Of a stretch of 64,000 bases of DNA, positions 61,533 to 64,000 are shown in pieces. The notes beneath the pieces were generated by a model. The model saw only the letters and a list, made by a program, of their open reading frames with translations. It ran no database searches and was not told where the DNA came from. Source of the DNA: Felis catus (taxonomy: Eukaryota); contig NC_058368.1 of NCBI RefSeq assembly GCF_018350175.1, positions 236,160,001 to 236,224,000 of the forward strand, written 5' to 3'. The first letter of the stretch is position 1. Every line of letters begins with the position of its first letter. Position numbers and translations under genes: made by a program.

Positions 61533-62419
61533 AAAAATTAATCATCTTCTTCTATTAGACCCCCAAGAAATGTTCTCAAAGGAAGAAATGTATCAAGAAA
61601 AAAAAAATACCTAAGCAATGCATAAAAACGCCCAAAATGTCTCCAGCGACATGTTCTCCGGCGCTTATGATGTTTGAGGATCCCTGTTGCAAAATGGCTG
61701 ACGCGTCAGATGGGCAACGGGCAAAGCCTTGGGGCTCCATTCTCTTTCTCTTTCCCGCTGTCGCGTGTAATTCCGACGTGGGGTAAGATCTGTTGTTGCA
61801 TCTGCAACTGTGAAACCAGCTTGGTGGAGGAGCCCACAGAGCTGTTTGCGGTTTGGTAGAGCTTAGAAATCAACAGAAAATTAAGACCAAGTGCTGAATG
61901 CGTGCCTGAAAATCTTTTTATAGATGGGCTCTAGGAATGCACATTCACTGAAGCATACTCTTTGAAAGCCCTAGTCACTTCTATGTTTTCCAGAACTATT
62001 GATGTGTAACCCTCTTATAATGAGGCGAACTCTTGGGTGCATACCATTAACATATGGCCAATGTAGATGACACAAGCACACAAGCATGTCAGCGTACCTC
62101 AGAGCGGGCTTCCCTTTATGTGGCTAGGCTTCGCTATTTGAACAGGAAAGCCCCCAAGATGAAGGGGGGGATGCCTCCAGTTTCCAAGAGCAGGAAGCTT
62201 TGATCCACCCCGAGGCATGGTTTGGAGGGAGTTGTCACTGCCTTCCGTCTCCTCCAGCCAGGTTTCGCACACTCCCCCTCCTCTCCCACGTTCAGGGCAA
62301 AGTTGACCCTTCTGGCCTTCCCTCGTGAGAGTCATGCACACAACCAGCCAAAGAATTACACCACCTCCCTTTGTGGATCTGGAACCTTCGCAGCGTGTGA
62401 GCGCTTTCGACGCCTGGTT

Positions 62420-62560
62420 CCCTCCCGTTCCCACAGCAAACATCCCAGGCACTGCCATTGTCATTTTGCAGATGGGAACAGTGCATCTTGGAGATGCTGG
62501 CACCCGTCCGGGGTAACGAATGTACAGTCAGAACAGGCTCAGCCTTCCTCACCTCACAGC
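62420..62560 (-). mobile_element. MIR core remnant
   Basis: cattgtcattttgcagatgggaacagtgca. Confidence 0.55.
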
Positions 62561-62699
62561 CCAGCACGCACTGTGCGGGTTATTCCAAGGGCCTTTTCCA
62601 GAATCCGCTTCGCTGTGCAGCCAAGCTAAGGTGGCCGGCAGAGTGGGAAAGGATGGCGTGTGCCATTTCTTCACGAGGACCGTGTGCCGAACAAAAAAC

Positions 62700-62821
62700 T
62701 TTTTCATTTTATTTTACTTTTATTCTTTTAACGTAAACTTTATGCCTGACATGGGGCTTGAATTCACGACCCTGAGATCAAGAGTCACGTGCTCCACCGA
62801 CTGAGCCATCTGGGTATGCCC
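62700..62821 (-). mobile_element. Short old CanSINE (tRNA-Lys-like head, no CT tract)
   Basis: ggggcttgaattcacgaccctgagatcaagagtcacgtgctccaccgactgagcc with T-rich tail. Confidence 0.88.
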
Positions 62822-63037
62822 AGATTTAAATTCTTTTTTTTGTTTGTTTGTTTGTTTGTTTGAATATGGACACAACCACTCTTTCTGGATTAGATAGTTG
62901 CCATATACAGGAGGCAAATCTAAGTGTTTCCCAATGAAGTTAACGGTTGTCGCTATCTCCCCCAAACTTCTACTGTTTTGTTTCAACCTCTGTAGACATA
63001 ATGCAAAAATTAGGCTCATCTAAGAACCAGACTTGAT

Positions 63038-63183
63038 GGGATGCCTGGGTGGCTCAGTTGGTTAAGTGTCTGATTTTGACTCCGGTCACGATCTCACGGT
63101 TCATGAGTTTGAGCCCCACATCCAGCTCTCTGCTGTCAGCATGGAGCCTGCTGGGATCCTCTGTTGCCCTCTCTCTCTGCCCC

Positions 63184-63220
<37 letters not shown>

Positions 63221-63256
63221 CTCAAAAATAAATAAACATAAAAACAAATAAAAAAC
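63038..63256 (+). mobile_element. CanSINE
   Basis: gggatgcctgggtggctcagttggttaag head, (CT)n, A tail; TSD-like aagaaccagact / aaaaacagact. Confidence 0.96.
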
Positions 63257-63611
63257 AGACTCAGACCACAAGGACACCTCTGTAAAGCCCGGGGCCCTGT
63301 TCCACCTAATTGCTTGATTTTAAACAGATTTCATTCTGAATTTAGGGTGGCATACTTAAATATCATGATTTTTCTGTCAATATGAAGTCGACAACGTTTT
63401 CTCACTAAAGCATAGAGCTCCCATAAATGCGTTTGTCTTTAGTAAAGATACTAGAGTGTTTGTGTGGCGATACTTTATTTGAAGACTTCTGGGTCCCATT
63501 ATGGAGAGAAAAAAACAAAATCGAAACAGACCAAATTCCTCTCTCTGGCATTTGTGAAATAACATTAGTAAAATTATTAAAAGTCGTATCCAAATTATAA
63601 AAAAGCCAACC

Positions 63612-63709
63612 TATATATATATGTATATATATACACACATATATATGTATATATATGTATATACACACACACACATATATATATGTGTATATATATATAT
63701 ATATATATA
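63612..63709. repeat. Compound (TA)n/(CA)n/(TATG)n microsatellite
   Basis: Directly visible. Confidence 0.95.
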
Positions 63710-64000
63710 GTTGATTTAGCTTCTGGTCTGTTTTCGTATTTCTGTAATTTGGATGAATTGGAATTTTTCTCCACCAGAAAAAGGAGAATTGCACATGTTT
63801 CAGTTTAAATTCTGGATTTGAATAGGTCAATTACAGATCAAATATCTTCTTTTATATAAAAGTAAAGTTAGCTGAGAGTCCCTTAGTGTGCATTCACTTT
63901 ACTAGAACCCTTGTTAGGGGTTCTGATAATTCAAGACTCTGGAAGAACTACGACGGGAAGGTTACAATTTCTGACACTGGGATCAGGTTGACACGGATAA

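Noticed and set aside
62740..62821. tRNA-Lys-like sequence
   Set aside because: Head of an old CanSINE with a tail and degenerate stems, not a tRNA gene.
1..64000. CRISPR array, operon, prophage, endogenous viral ORF or NUMT
   Set aside because: No regularly spaced repeats, gene-dense region, gag/pol/env-like or mitochondrial-like sequence recognised; the DNA is mammalian non-coding.

Overview
Non-coding mammalian DNA from a carnivore, almost certainly a felid: it carries 22 tRNA-derived CanSINEs, several with young cat-type (SINEC_Fc-like) sequence, plus a cat-type L1 3' end. I find no convincing protein-coding gene, tRNA/rRNA gene, CRISPR array or viral ORF; most ORFs in the track come from SINEs, microsatellites or chance. 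The window looks like intergenic or large-intron sequence with L1, L2, MIR, MLT1 (MaLR) LTR and MER20 remnants and several repeat-free AT-rich blocks resembling conserved enhancers. The notable structures read directly from the sequence are: (1) a 255-bp, 96.5%-identical inverted duplication of apparently unique DNA (4721-4975 / 6302-6556); (2) a head-to-tail SINE dimer inside one perfect 18-bp target-site duplication (TSD); (3) a short twin-primed felid L1 whose tail appears to hold serial 3' transductions; (4) an older 5'-inverted L1 nested in a MIR; (5) weak candidate minus-strand exons. Repeat subfamily names come from recalled consensus sequences, not a database search. I see no supportable evidence of a new multi-gene biological system.
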